Shown piece by piece: positions 8,810 through 16,695 of a stretch of 47,097 nucleotides of DNA. Under the pieces are notes generated by a model, which had not been told where the DNA came from, made no database searches, and was given only the letters and a program-made list of their open reading frames with translations. The position numbers were made by a program, and so were the translations under genes. The stretch comes from a virus (taxonomy: Duplodnaviria; Caudoviricetes). The DNA is taken from IMG/VR virus record IMGVR_UViG_3300020016_000012, positions 1 to 47,097 of that record; one strand, 5' to 3'. Positions within the stretch are counted from its first letter, which is position 1, and each line of letters begins with the position of its first letter.

Positions 8810-11581
8810 TCACTTCATTGTGATTTCGTCGCACGTCCCGGTCGGGCCACAGAACCGATAGCGCGGCTGCGCCATGGTGCCAATCATCAAACGCTCGATC
8901 CGATTGCCGGTAGTCGTCCCCAGGAATAACACCCAGGTCTCGACCGGCGGCGGTGGGGTCGCGACGCATTGTCCGTTCACGAGGATCATCCCTGGCGGCA
9001 CGCTCGTCTGCACCCCGTCAATATTCGGACAGACATCCACCGGCGGCGAGACGCACACGCCATTGACAAGCACCGCCGGCGGCACACAGACCGGCGGCGT
9101 CGTCGCCCCGACCGTGTAATGAAAGACCATTTCCGAGCCGGCGATCTTGGGAAACGGCGTCGTCGAGGAGACGCGCCACGTTTTGATCTCATGGCGTCCC
9201 GCTGTCGTCTGCGATCCTTTGGCTTGGAACCGACGCAGATCCGGGCGCGCCCCGTTGGCATCCACGAAGAACTCCGGCGCCCCGTCGATACTCACCAGCG
9301 ACACCACACTTGCCCCGGTGGCCGTCCCCGTCAGCACACCCGAGAAATCAATCGTCGCGGCCGCACCAGTGCCGTTCACGAGGATCGCCTGCGTCTGTTC
9401 TGCGGGGTAGGTGACGATGAAGCGTGGCGGCCCGAGCGTCGAGGTCGCTCCCGGCGCCACGAGTCCGATAATGACACCGGGGAGTCGACCCTCGTCAGCC
9501 GTGCGGAGCACCTCGCCGTTGTACGCCTGCCCAAACCGATCCCAGCACTGCCCCATCGTCAGACCGACAGCTGGCGCGTTCCACTGCTGCTGCCCATCCG
9601 AGGACGGCCAACACGCCGCACTTTCACGCTGCGCGGGTTCAAACAGGCGGAAGTCTTTCCCGGTGCCTTGCCAGTTGTTGATGATGTAGCGTGAGCCTTG
9701 CTGGAAGAGCCAATGACTGGCGCCCTGAGCCGGGAACGGCGCGGCACCACCCGGCCAGACCGTGCCGTTGCCGAATACGATGTATTGCGACGGGAAGCCC
9801 GGCAGATCGCGATGCGTGATGTTGGTGTGGACGAGATTGTCCGACATCAGCACGCCGTAGTCGATGTTGACAGCGTTCTGCATCTCCACACCCGTCAAAC
9901 GGACGTAGCCGATCGCGCCGCCATCCCGCACGCCAATGGCACAGCCGACCAGGCGCCCGCCTTCGACCGTCAAGCTCCCGGTATAGGCCGCGCTGGAGTG
10001 AATGCAGAACGATCGCCCACCGACACCGACGAGAATCGGCCGACGAAGATAGGGATCCTGGGGATCGGAGACCGGCGCAAAGACTTGCATCCCTTGGTTG
10101 TAAGAGGCGACGTGATCGTCATTGGGGAACAGCGGCGCCCCCCAGAACTCCAAGCCGAAATGGACGTTACTGAGCGTCCGGTTCTTCGTCATCGAGACGG
10201 GTTTCGCGGTGGCTTGCCGCATCGCGGTATCGAGATCGCCGCCCGGCACACTCGGATAGGATCCTGCCACATGATTGATGTTAAACAGGTTCATCCCGAC
10301 TGAGTTGTTGATCGCGACGTTCCCCTCGATCGTCTGCGTGATACCGTGGAGCCAAAACCCTGTCCCCTCGGTGCCAGGGCTCTTGCCGACGATATTGTTC
10401 AGCGCTTGCCCTGAGCCCGTTTCATTCCCAAAGACGTAGGCCGCAAAGTTCTGGCGGAACGTGTTCCGCACTTCGTAGCCGTCTTCCGTGACGAAACACG
10501 CTGCCGCAAAATCCACACAGATGTTGCGCTCGATCAGGGCATCGTGCGTGCCGTGCAGAGCCAGTGCCCATTTCGGTTTCGTGAGGCCGGGCCCACTCCC
10601 GCGATAAACGTTCCCGATCGATACCGAGCCGAAGCCCTGCGCGTGATGCTTATGCCCACCGCCATAGCGGCCGACTTGCTTCGTCCCGATATGCGTGATG
10701 GTCCCTTGATCCGCCGTCGTGCTGTCGAGGACATCCGCCGGCGTCCGACCTAAGCCGATGAACGCCGAATAGCCTTCGCGCCAGGTCGCGTCGTGACCGA
10801 CGTCTGCCGCGTGCCCGCGCGTGCCGTTCGGATTCTCGGAGCGCAAGATGATGTTGCGGGTCAGGTTCGCGACATAGGGCAAACTGATGATGTTGCCGTC
10901 GGGATCGAACTGCGCGAAGTGATCGAAGTCGAGCGGCTTGGAGAGTGTCACGCGGCGGCCGGAGATACTCTCGACCGTCACCAGCGGTTCACGACGCGGA
11001 CCGCCACCCGCTGGCACGTCCATATCAGGAAACAGGAGCTCATCGCCGACCCGCCAGCCCGTGGGGTCTTCGGACAGCGTGACGGTGCGCTGCGTAGCGC
11101 CGAGACTGTCCGTCAGCGTGGTCCAGGTCAGTTTGGGCGCCCCCCAGACATCGCGACGGCCGAAGTTCAGCAGGCCGTTGCCCCACTGGAATGGATCGAG
11201 TGTCACGTTCAGCGGCACATCGTTGACGATGAATTCCACGCGCCGAGTCGTCGGGATCGGGTCCGCCTGAGTGCCAATGTCGAGCACCCCACCGGGCAAC
11301 ACAAACAGATGCGTGAAGCGCAGGACCGTATCGCGCGTCCGCGACACTTTCAGGGTGCCCGCCACTTCGACACAATCAAACGTCGAATCCGCGGCCGGTT
11401 CGATCGTTTGGCCGACGGGAACCGTCAACACCCGCGGCAGCGTGAGACAGCGCGGCACGAAATCCGGCGAGCCGATTCGGATGACCGTCGGCTCTACCGT
11501 GATCATCATGCCGTGGTTTTGAGCGACGACCGGCGCCGCTAGGAAGGACAGGCAGACAAGGAGCGTGAGTATTTTAGTAAT
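8810..11581 (-). CDS. Secreted G8-domain + beta-helix protein (TMEM2/CEMIP-like architecture), possible glycan hydrolase
   Basis: G8-like VAGTL...VLPGGVLDIGT..DPI, DPFQWGNGLL, WRVGDEL, VANLTRNI, LHGTH, FVTEDGYE; C-terminal DVCPNIDGVQ; in-frame signal peptide from ATT at 11581 (first ATG 11509). Confidence 0.8.
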   Translation of the reverse strand: MTKILTLLVCLSFLAAPVVAQNHGMMITVEPTVIRIGSPDFVPRCLTLPRVLTVPVGQTIEPAADSTFDCVEVAGTLKVSRTRDTVLRFTHLFVLPGGVLDIGTQADPIPTTRRVEFIVNDVPLNVTLDPFQWGNGLLNFGRRDVWGAPKLTWTTLTDSLGATQRTVTLSEDPTGWRVGDELLFPDMDVPAGGGPRREPLVTVESISGRRVTLSKPLDFDHFAQFDPDGNIISLPYVANLTRNIILRSENPNGTRGHAADVGHDATWREGYSAFIGLGRTPADVLDSTTADQGTITHIGTKQVGRYGGGHKHHAQGFGSVSIGNVYRGSGPGLTKPKWALALHGTHDALIERNICVDFAAACFVTEDGYEVRNTFRQNFAAYVFGNETGSGQALNNIVGKSPGTEGTGFWLHGITQTIEGNVAINNSVGMNLFNINHVAGSYPSVPGGDLDTAMRQATAKPVSMTKNRTLSNVHFGLEFWGAPLFPNDDHVASYNQGMQVFAPVSDPQDPYLRRPILVGVGGRSFCIHSSAAYTGSLTVEGGRLVGCAIGVRDGGAIGYVRLTGVEMQNAVNIDYGVLMSDNLVHTNITHRDLPGFPSQYIVFGNGTVWPGGAAPFPAQGASHWLFQQGSRYIINNWQGTGKDFRLFEPAQRESAACWPSSDGQQQWNAPAVGLTMGQCWDRFGQAYNGEVLRTADEGRLPGVIIGLVAPGATSTLGPPRFIVTYPAEQTQAILVNGTGAAATIDFSGVLTGTATGASVVSLVSIDGAPEFFVDANGARPDLRRFQAKGSQTTAGRHEIKTWRVSSTTPFPKIAGSEMVFHYTVGATTPPVCVPPAVLVNGVCVSPPVDVCPNIDGVQTSVPPGMILVNGQCVATPPPPVETWVLFLGTTTGNRIERLMIGTMAQPRYRFCGPTGTCDEITMK

Positions 11582-11617
11582 GGCCTAGAATGCGCCGGAA
11601 TCGACCAGGTGCAACGT

Positions 11618-11803
11618 CTACGCATGCTTATTTTGCAAAATCTCGCGTAGAGCCGCTACGTCTTGGGCTGACACTCGGCACTGACCATTCTCAGCGCGGA
11701 AGGCTTCGAGTTTCTCGGCCTTGATCCAGTTCCGGATGGTTTGCGCAGACACTTGGAGGAATCGAGCAGCCGTACCAACGGTGATGAGACGCTCAGGAGG
11801 CAT
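11618..11803 (-). CDS. Excisionase-like/MerR-type HTH DNA-binding protein
   Basis: LITVGTAARFLQVSAQTIRNWIKAEKLEAFR...GQCRV; ATG at 11803. Confidence 0.85.
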   Translation of the reverse strand: MPPERLITVGTAARFLQVSAQTIRNWIKAEKLEAFRAENGQCRVSAQDVAALREILQNKHA

Positions 11804-11863
11804 TTCGAATGGGCCAGCCGCACCAGTGCAGCAGCCAAGCAAAGAGGAGCGCGATCGGCCACG

Positions 11864-12112
11864 TCACGATTCGGTGTCCTGTTCCGTGATGGCCGTGCCT
11901 TCAGGATCGTGCAGAGGCTCCGGAGGTTGAGCGCCGAGGCTGTCGTATTCAGCACGACGAAAACGGTCGAGTAGTGCGTGGAGATCATCCCAACGGTCTC
12001 TCTTCATCCGAGGCCGTTCTTTGTGCGTCTCTGAACAGGCCAACTCGCCCATAATCACTGTACACACCACGCGAATTTCGTGGGTGCTCAAAGTTAATCG
12101 CGTATCGCTCAT
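11864..12112 (-). CDS. Hypothetical protein
   Basis: 82 aa ORF in operon orientation. Confidence 0.5.
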   Translation of the reverse strand: MSDTRLTLSTHEIRVVCTVIMGELACSETHKERPRMKRDRWDDLHALLDRFRRAEYDSLGAQPPEPLHDPEGTAITEQDTES

Positions 12113-12157
12113 GGCTGCCCTGCTCTCTCGACCACAATGTCAGACAGATAAAGACTT

Positions 12158-12559
12158 CTAGTCGCGCGTGGACGGTTCTACGCTACTCGCGAGGACAGGA
12201 TCTACCGCGCCCTCGGCCTTTGCTGATTTGCTGCGCTCTTTAAGAACGTGCAACGCGTCGTAGGACTTCTGAAGATCAGCGCGACAGGCTCTCAGGGTGG
12301 CAATTTTCGGACGGGTGTTGTCGATTGCGTCGATGGACGATACAACGTGATCAAGCGCTTCACCGAGCACGGCCTGTTGCCCTCGCTGGAATGCCATATC
12401 AAGAAACCGTTCAATATGCTTCACCGACGCTTCTGATGGCGCCGTGAGGTGCAATCCACCAACAGGATGCCCCTGCGACCACGGCTGAAGCTGTTCGCTG
12501 ATGAGCGCCTCGATTCTGAGGAGGTAGAGCGTCCACGCCAGATTTCTAGCCTCGGTCAT
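12158..12559 (-). CDS. Hypothetical protein bracketed by sites B and A
   Basis: 133 aa; GGGAG RBS follows site B; C-terminus reads through site A. Confidence 0.6.
   Translation of the reverse strand: MTEARNLAWTLYLLRIEALISEQLQPWSQGHPVGGLHLTAPSEASVKHIERFLDMAFQRGQQAVLGEALDHVVSSIDAIDNTRPKIATLRACRADLQKSYDALHVLKERSKSAKAEGAVDPVLASSVEPSTRD
12163..12209 (+). repeat. Bipartite site A
   Basis: CGCGCGT-N28-GGATCTACCGCG. Confidence 0.85.
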
Positions 12560-13061
12560 CGGTCACATCTCCCGTTGGTGGCTGCGATAGATCCTGCCCG
12601 TGGCGATTGATTCCATTGTCCACGCGCGTACGAAACTCTTTCTCTTTGTCTGGCGGCGTGGGGGCCAGAACCGGAGGCGCCGGCACATTTAACCGCACCC
12701 AGGCTTTGACGGCTTCGAATGCCTCGCAGACTTGAGCCGGTCGCGTGGGTGGGGCGTGTCGATACGTCTGCATTAGTTCGTAAAACTCTCGCGAGTCCAG
12801 GCTGGGTTGCCACGCGTGCGGATCGCTCACGAGAGAGCCTAGAGCCGCACGAGCACGCACCAGCCAACAATCAGCCTTATGTGGTTCTGGGTCGATGTCC
12901 ATCCCGTTCACGTCGCGGTTACACCACCAGCAGTAATTCATCGTCGTGCTGTTGCCGCCTTGAGTTTCAATTTCTTCTTTTAACAACTCCGCGAGTGGTC
13001 GGGAGACACCCCCAGAGCCGCCAGCAGCTTTCGCTTTCTCTTCAGAAATCTTTTCTGCCAT
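12546..13061 (-). CDS. Mosaic hypothetical protein
   Basis: 171 aa; CWWC...HKADCW and FYELMQTYRHAP segments; C-terminus reads through site B. Confidence 0.6.
   Translation of the reverse strand: MAEKISEEKAKAAGGSGGVSRPLAELLKEEIETQGGNSTTMNYCWWCNRDVNGMDIDPEPHKADCWLVRARAALGSLVSDPHAWQPSLDSREFYELMQTYRHAPPTRPAQVCEAFEAVKAWVRLNVPAPPVLAPTPPDKEKEFRTRVDNGINRHGQDLSQPPTGDVTDDRG
12583..12628 (-). repeat. Bipartite site B
   Basis: CGCGCGT-N27-GGATCTATCGCA on the minus strand. Confidence 0.8.
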
Positions 13062-13073
13062 GTCGTTTCCTGC

Positions 13074-13102
13074 TTGACTAACCTAAACGCTTGGGTTATT
13101 CT
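13074..13102 (+). promoter_or_regulatory. Sigma70-type promoter with palindromic spacer; probably leaderless mRNA
   Basis: TTGACT-17-TATTCT, ATG at 13109; the spacer holds the imperfect palindrome AACCTAA-ACGC-TTGGGTT. Confidence 0.7.
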
Positions 13103-13108
13103 CTCTTC

Positions 13109-13291
13109 ATGGTTAAACAAATCACGGTCAACGGCGCGGCGGCAAAGGTTATCAACACCCTGTCCTGCGGCCCAGGCTCTGAACCCCACACGTTCGAACT
13201 GTCTGGCGGCTCCTACGTCTACCAAATCGCCGATGTGTGGTGGCTTCAAGAGCGCGGCCAGTTCAAGCGAGCGGTCAGGGTGGCCCAATGA
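13109..13291 (+). CDS. Small hypothetical moron protein
   Basis: ATG just after the -10 element; ATGA overlap with the next gene. Confidence 0.6.
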   Translation: MVKQITVNGAAAKVINTLSCGPGSEPHTFELSGGSYVYQIADVWWLQERGQFKRAVRVAQ

Positions 13292-13434
13292 GGGCCGCCA
13301 AGAACCCGCATGCCGTCGCCCTCGGCCGCAAGGGCGGCAGCGCCACGTCTAAAGCGAAGGCCGACGCTTCCCGCACCAATGGCGCCCTCGGTGGCCGTCC
13401 TCCCAAGCCAAAGCCTCACGATTTGTGCTCCTGA
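13288..13434 (+). CDS. Small basic KNPxAVALGRKGG-type protein, likely DNA-binding
   Basis: KNPHAVALGRKGGSATSKAKADASRTNGALGGRP. Confidence 0.75.
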   Translation: MRAAKNPHAVALGRKGGSATSKAKADASRTNGALGGRPPKPKPHDLCS

Positions 13435-13757
13435 GCGGCCACGACCGCCGCCCGCAACCACGATTCAACTTCGGCGTATGTACTTCTAAACACCGCTTCT
13501 CCGGCTGTGAACTTCACCGCCAACCATTGCCCGTCGTGCAGTTTCGTCACCAAATACAGACGCGTGTCCGGTTGGGGAACGCAGGAGGCAGCGCCCTTCT
13601 CCGCATAGTGCCGTCGCAATTCAAGTTCTTCGACTTCCGGACTGAGCGCCGGGAAGTCATAGCCCAGAGCCGCCTTGATCTGATCGAGCGATTTACCTTG
13701 TGGGGGGACGCTGGAGCCGGCCGCCCACACGTCGTCAGCCATCACAAATTCACTCAT
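13416..13757 (-). CDS. Hypothetical protein
   Basis: ATG at 13757 overlapping the upstream stop (ATGA). Confidence 0.5.
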   Translation of the reverse strand: MSEFVMADDVWAAGSSVPPQGKSLDQIKAALGYDFPALSPEVEELELRRHYAEKGAASCVPQPDTRLYLVTKLHDGQWLAVKFTAGEAVFRSTYAEVESWLRAAVVAAQEHKS

Positions 13758-14002
13758 ACGCGCGTCGCACCTTTCTGCCCTATTCCATCGACTGGATCTA
13801 CCGCGTCGAGCGCCGTTGCTGATGCGCGACGTTTCTCGGAAGCCACGGCCACGTCCAACATCGGTAGAAGGTTCGTGCGAATAGAGTCCGCGATCTCGGC
13901 GTTCGTGTGGCCGTCTTTGATGTTCGTTAGCCGATAGCGACAGCCATCCTCGAACCAAATGTGACAATCCCACGCGCCGCGTTTCTTATGGCCTCTTGGC
14001 AT
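13754..14002 (-). CDS. Hypothetical protein bracketed by sites D and C
   Basis: 82 aa; GGGGAG RBS follows site D; C-terminus reads through site C. Confidence 0.6.
   Translation of the reverse strand: MPRGHKKRGAWDCHIWFEDGCRYRLTNIKDGHTNAEIADSIRTNLLPMLDVAVASEKRRASATALDAVDPVDGIGQKGATRV
13759..13805 (+). repeat. Bipartite site C
   Basis: CGCGCGT-N28-GGATCTACCGCG. Confidence 0.85.
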
Positions 14003-14008
14003 CGGTGA

Positions 14009-14317
14009 CTACTCCCCACTGCTGCGACGCGGTAGATCCTGTCCGTCGGCGCCTGCCTTCAGTGGTGCGACGCGCGACTGATCGTCTGGTGTTTCTATCT
14101 GGTGTGGCCCTTCGGGATCGCCGAGGAGGCCCGCGCGTCGTTCGTCGCAATCGAACCAAAGGCACCCCTTGCTGACCCATTCATCTCGTAGCTGTTGGTG
14201 TGTTAGAACCCTGTCGTCATAGCCGAACTCAGTACCACAGCATGCACAAATACTGTGGTCGCGTGGAGGAAACTCCAGTGCGTTATAGCCACAGACTGGG
14301 CAGGTGTGTTCGTTCAT
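14009..14317 (-). CDS. Cys-rich CPxCG...CxCCG protein (CPCC-like)
   Basis: TCPVCGY...ICACCGTEFGYDD...LRDEWV..G..WF; ATG at 14317. Confidence 0.7.
   Translation of the reverse strand: MNEHTCPVCGYNALEFPPRDHSICACCGTEFGYDDRVLTHQQLRDEWVSKGCLWFDCDERRAGLLGDPEGPHQIETPDDQSRVAPLKAGADGQDLPRRSSGE
14028..14076 (-). repeat. Bipartite site D
   Basis: CGCGCGT-N30-GGATCTACCGCG on the minus strand; 17-nt exact inverted match to site A. Confidence 0.85.
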
Positions 14318-14346
14318 GGTTGCTCCTGCGCGGGATCGCCGAGGAG
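14113..14346. repeat. 16-bp direct repeat CGGGATCGCCGAGGAG (14113-14128 / 14331-14346)
   Basis: Exact match; both copies encode LLGDP and flank the Cys-rich domain. Confidence 0.8.
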
Positions 14347-14703
14347 ACGGGCCAGCTTGGCGGCGCACTCCGTCAACGTCTCCGCAACCGCCGCGTGTTC
14401 TGATTGACACTCCAAATGGCACTCAACCGAATACTGACCTGCTACCAGCGCTGAATCCTGAAACTCGTCGCGCAGGGCGCGGATCGCCGCGTGCGTGGCC
14501 GCGAGTTGCGTCGACAGTTTCTCGGCGCGTGCGTGTTGTGCTTCGCATTCCTGTTTCAGCCACAGCAGTGCGCCGGCTGCGAACGGTGCGTCGAGTGGGG
14601 CGCGATAGACTTCATCGGCCGCAGGCTTCATCGTTCGCCGTAAAGGCGGATCCCAATCGAGCTCATTCAGCTCGTTGTTAATATCCTTTAGTGGATCGCT
14701 CAC
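14314..14703 (-). CDS. Coiled-coil hypothetical protein
   Basis: 129 aa; GGAGG RBS. Confidence 0.55.
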   Translation of the reverse strand: MSDPLKDINNELNELDWDPPLRRTMKPAADEVYRAPLDAPFAAGALLWLKQECEAQHARAEKLSTQLAATHAAIRALRDEFQDSALVAGQYSVECHLECQSEHAAVAETLTECAAKLARLLGDPAQEQP

Positions 14704-14763
14704 GCCTGCCTCCGTGTCCCAAAACAGAACGAAGAATCTCTATCGCGCAGGGACAGCACGGGT

Positions 14764-14967
14764 TTACCCATCGTCTCCAGTCCTCCGCGACGACCGCCCA
14801 ACCCACTCCGACAGCAATTGAAGAACCAGAGCCCGAAGAGAAATCCCTTCACGTTTTGCTTTCGCACTCACGGCGTCGTAGAGCGTGGGCGGAATGCGAT
14901 CGACTTCGATCCGCACCCGCCGTTCCGTCTTCGGTGTGAACTCGCGGGAGTAACCTCGTTTGGCCAT
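14764..14967 (-). CDS. Ribbon-helix-helix DNA-binding protein
   Basis: RIEVDRIPPTLYDAVSAKAKREGISLRALVLQLLSEWV; ATG at 14967. Confidence 0.8.
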   Translation of the reverse strand: MAKRGYSREFTPKTERRVRIEVDRIPPTLYDAVSAKAKREGISLRALVLQLLSEWVGRSSRRTGDDG

Positions 14968-14990
14968 CCCGCGAGTGTATCCCTGCTCCA

Positions 14991-15251
14991 TTAAGGCACC
15001 TGCACCGTTCCGCAAAACGCACAGAACCATCCGAGCTTGTGTTTGCCCGCGTGGATGTGTGTATCCTTCACGAACTGATTAGAGAACGACATCTTGTGCG
15101 TGAGGCACACCCATTGGCCCTGATTGTGTTCGCACTTCGCGCTAACGATAAACTCCATCTGCGGATCAATCTTGCCGATGTCGCCCGCGTAGTTGCTCTT
15201 CGCGATCACGGCCCGTTCACCCTCTGACGCACGCTCTAGAACCTGTGCCAT
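14991..15251 (-). CDS. Small Cys/His protein co-transcribed with the RHH gene
   Basis: GGAGG RBS; WVCLTH...HIH...HKLGWFCAFCG. Confidence 0.65.
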   Translation of the reverse strand: MAQVLERASEGERAVIAKSNYAGDIGKIDPQMEFIVSAKCEHNQGQWVCLTHKMSFSNQFVKDTHIHAGKHKLGWFCAFCGTVQVP

Positions 15252-15268
15252 CTCTCACCTCCAGAGAT

Positions 15269-15315
15269 AGCCTACAACAATACCGGTATTCATGTCAAGT
15301 TTACCGGTATTCATG
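15269..15315 (-). promoter_or_regulatory. Sigma70-type promoter with duplicated operator
   Basis: TTGACA-18-TAGGCT; palindrome AATACCGGTATT at 15279-15290; 14-mer CATGAATACCGGTA present twice. Confidence 0.75.
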
Positions 15316-15514
15316 CGCGTGTCCTCTTGCGTGGCATCGGCTCTGGCTTGGCCGCATTCCGCCGTAGATGATCGTCAAAGTCCAGCAAGGAGAGGGCTTG
15401 CGCGCGTAACGTCTCCGGCACCAGGCCGGCCGCAAGATCACGCAGATCCTCGACGCGCAAGGCTTCCACGCGGTAGTCAAACCCGTCCTGGTTATCACCG
15501 GCGGCGACTCTCAT
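15311..15514 (-). CDS. Hypothetical protein (starts MRVAAGDN)
   Basis: 67 aa; ATGA overlap with the upstream gene. Confidence 0.55.
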   Translation of the reverse strand: MRVAAGDNQDGFDYRVEALRVEDLRDLAAGLVPETLRAQALSLLDFDDHLRRNAAKPEPMPRKRTRA

Positions 15515-15762
15515 GTGAACTTGTCTCCCTGAAATGGAGATTCAATGCACGGCGCTTGCGGCTGTAATGCTTGTCCGAAATTCATTTGCCGAAGCCAGAG
15601 ACGCCCGAACCACAGCACGAGGAAACGTTCCCGCCACGTCAGCGCCCAACAACTGATCGTTTCGCGCTCATCGGAGTAGGCTGGCAATGGGAGATAAGGC
15701 TTCTGGTCCTTCGCCCACACCATCGTCTGCTCTGGAAATTCGATCGGCGTCACGATTGCCAC
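15511..15762 (-). CDS. Conserved-looking small phage protein
   Basis: PIEFPEQT..AKDQKPYLPLPA...ISCWALTWRER...GRLWL...QP. Confidence 0.7.
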   Translation of the reverse strand: MAIVTPIEFPEQTMVWAKDQKPYLPLPAYSDERETISCWALTWRERFLVLWFGRLWLRQMNFGQALQPQAPCIESPFQGDKFT

Positions 15763-15974
15763 CTCCTACGGTCGTTGTCGCGCTGGCGCTCTGACGGTGA
15801 GCGTTCGTCTAAGTCGCCCATGCGGTCGTAGGGCTGTGTGGCGTCACCGTCCGTGTTGCGCGTGCCTCGGCACTTCGGATAATTCGCACAGCCCCAGAAC
15901 CGCTGCCCCGTAGTTTTATTCGCCCGACTCTTCATCGGCCCGTCGCACTGTGGGCATTTGACGTTCTCGATCAT
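15750..15974 (-). CDS. Stand-alone topoisomerase-type C4 zinc-finger protein
   Basis: CPQCDGPM..R....GQRFWGCANYPKCRGT. Confidence 0.85.
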   Translation of the reverse strand: MIENVKCPQCDGPMKSRANKTTGQRFWGCANYPKCRGTRNTDGDATQPYDRMGDLDERSPSERQRDNDRRRWQS

Positions 15975-16000
15975 CGTTCACTTATCTCCCGTTGCGGATG

Positions 16001-16048
16001 TCGCGTGGATCCTGTCGTGGTAGCCATCCGAACGACTGTAAACGCGTA
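16001..16048 (-). repeat. Bipartite site E (degenerate)
   Basis: TACGCGT-N29-GGATCCACGCGA, followed by CAACGGGAGAT as after site B. Confidence 0.65.
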
Positions 16049-16434
16049 AAAGTCTTCGTCCTCGTTGGGTTATCACCGGCGGCGACTCTCATCGCATCCC
16101 AATCGCCGCGAGCCATCGACGGACCACGCGGAGTGCCCGAATCGCGCAGCAATCCACACACCGACAGGGCCGAGTTCGGCTGTGTCGATAAGGAACCTCT
16201 GGAAACATTCGTGGACAGAACCGTGTCTGATAGGTCAATGTGATCATGAACTCGCTCCAATCTCTTTCAAAGTGGGCGGGTTCTGCCGAATGTCTCGACA
16301 GCGTCGCCCGCGGTTCGTTTCCCGATAACACTCCGTGTGCGCCAACTGCGGCCGATCGTCACCCATTGGCCGGCGGCAGATGTAGCACAGGCCGCGGGCC
16401 CGGATCTGCGCGTGCCACTCCGGGTTCTTACACT

Positions 16435-16695
16435 TCATCGACTCGCTCCGATCTCTTTCAACACCTGTTCGGGCGTCCGCCAGATCGGAAAGTCGCCCTG
16501 GTTCTTGGTTTCCGTCCCCCCCCTCGACTTCACCTCGCCGGCGTAGTAGAAGCCCCGCCAGCGCACGAGGAGATCGGGATTGCCGTGGCCCCCGCCGATC
16601 AACCAGAACTCTGCGCCTACGGCCTTCAGGGCGTCTGTAATGGGCTTCTCCGCGGTGTCCCGCTTCCCACCGCCGGCGCGACGTCGGTAACTCAC
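16435..16695 (-). CDS. Small PD-(D/E)XK nuclease (VRR-NUC/resolvase-like)
   Basis: KRD..E..I..AL..VG, GNPDLLV, GEVK. Confidence 0.8.
   Translation of the reverse strand: MSYRRRAGGGKRDTAEKPITDALKAVGAEFWLIGGGHGNPDLLVRWRGFYYAGEVKSRGGTETKNQGDFPIWRTPEQVLKEIGASR

Larger units (their letters stand above)
15490..16092. repeat. 25-bp exact direct repeat of a gene start (15490-15514 / 16068-16092)
   Basis: ATGAGAGTCGCCGCCGGTGATAACC twice on the minus strand. Confidence 0.9.

Noticed and set aside
15401-15445. Possible sixth site (CGCGCGT-N27-AGATCAC)
   Set aside because: The right arm matches poorly and it lies mid-gene; likely chance in GC-rich DNA.
12163-16048. Sites A-E as a CRISPR array or canonical integron attC sites
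   Set aside because: Copies are hundreds of bases apart and in both orientations; no cas or intI gene and no RYYYAAC/GTTRRRY cores.
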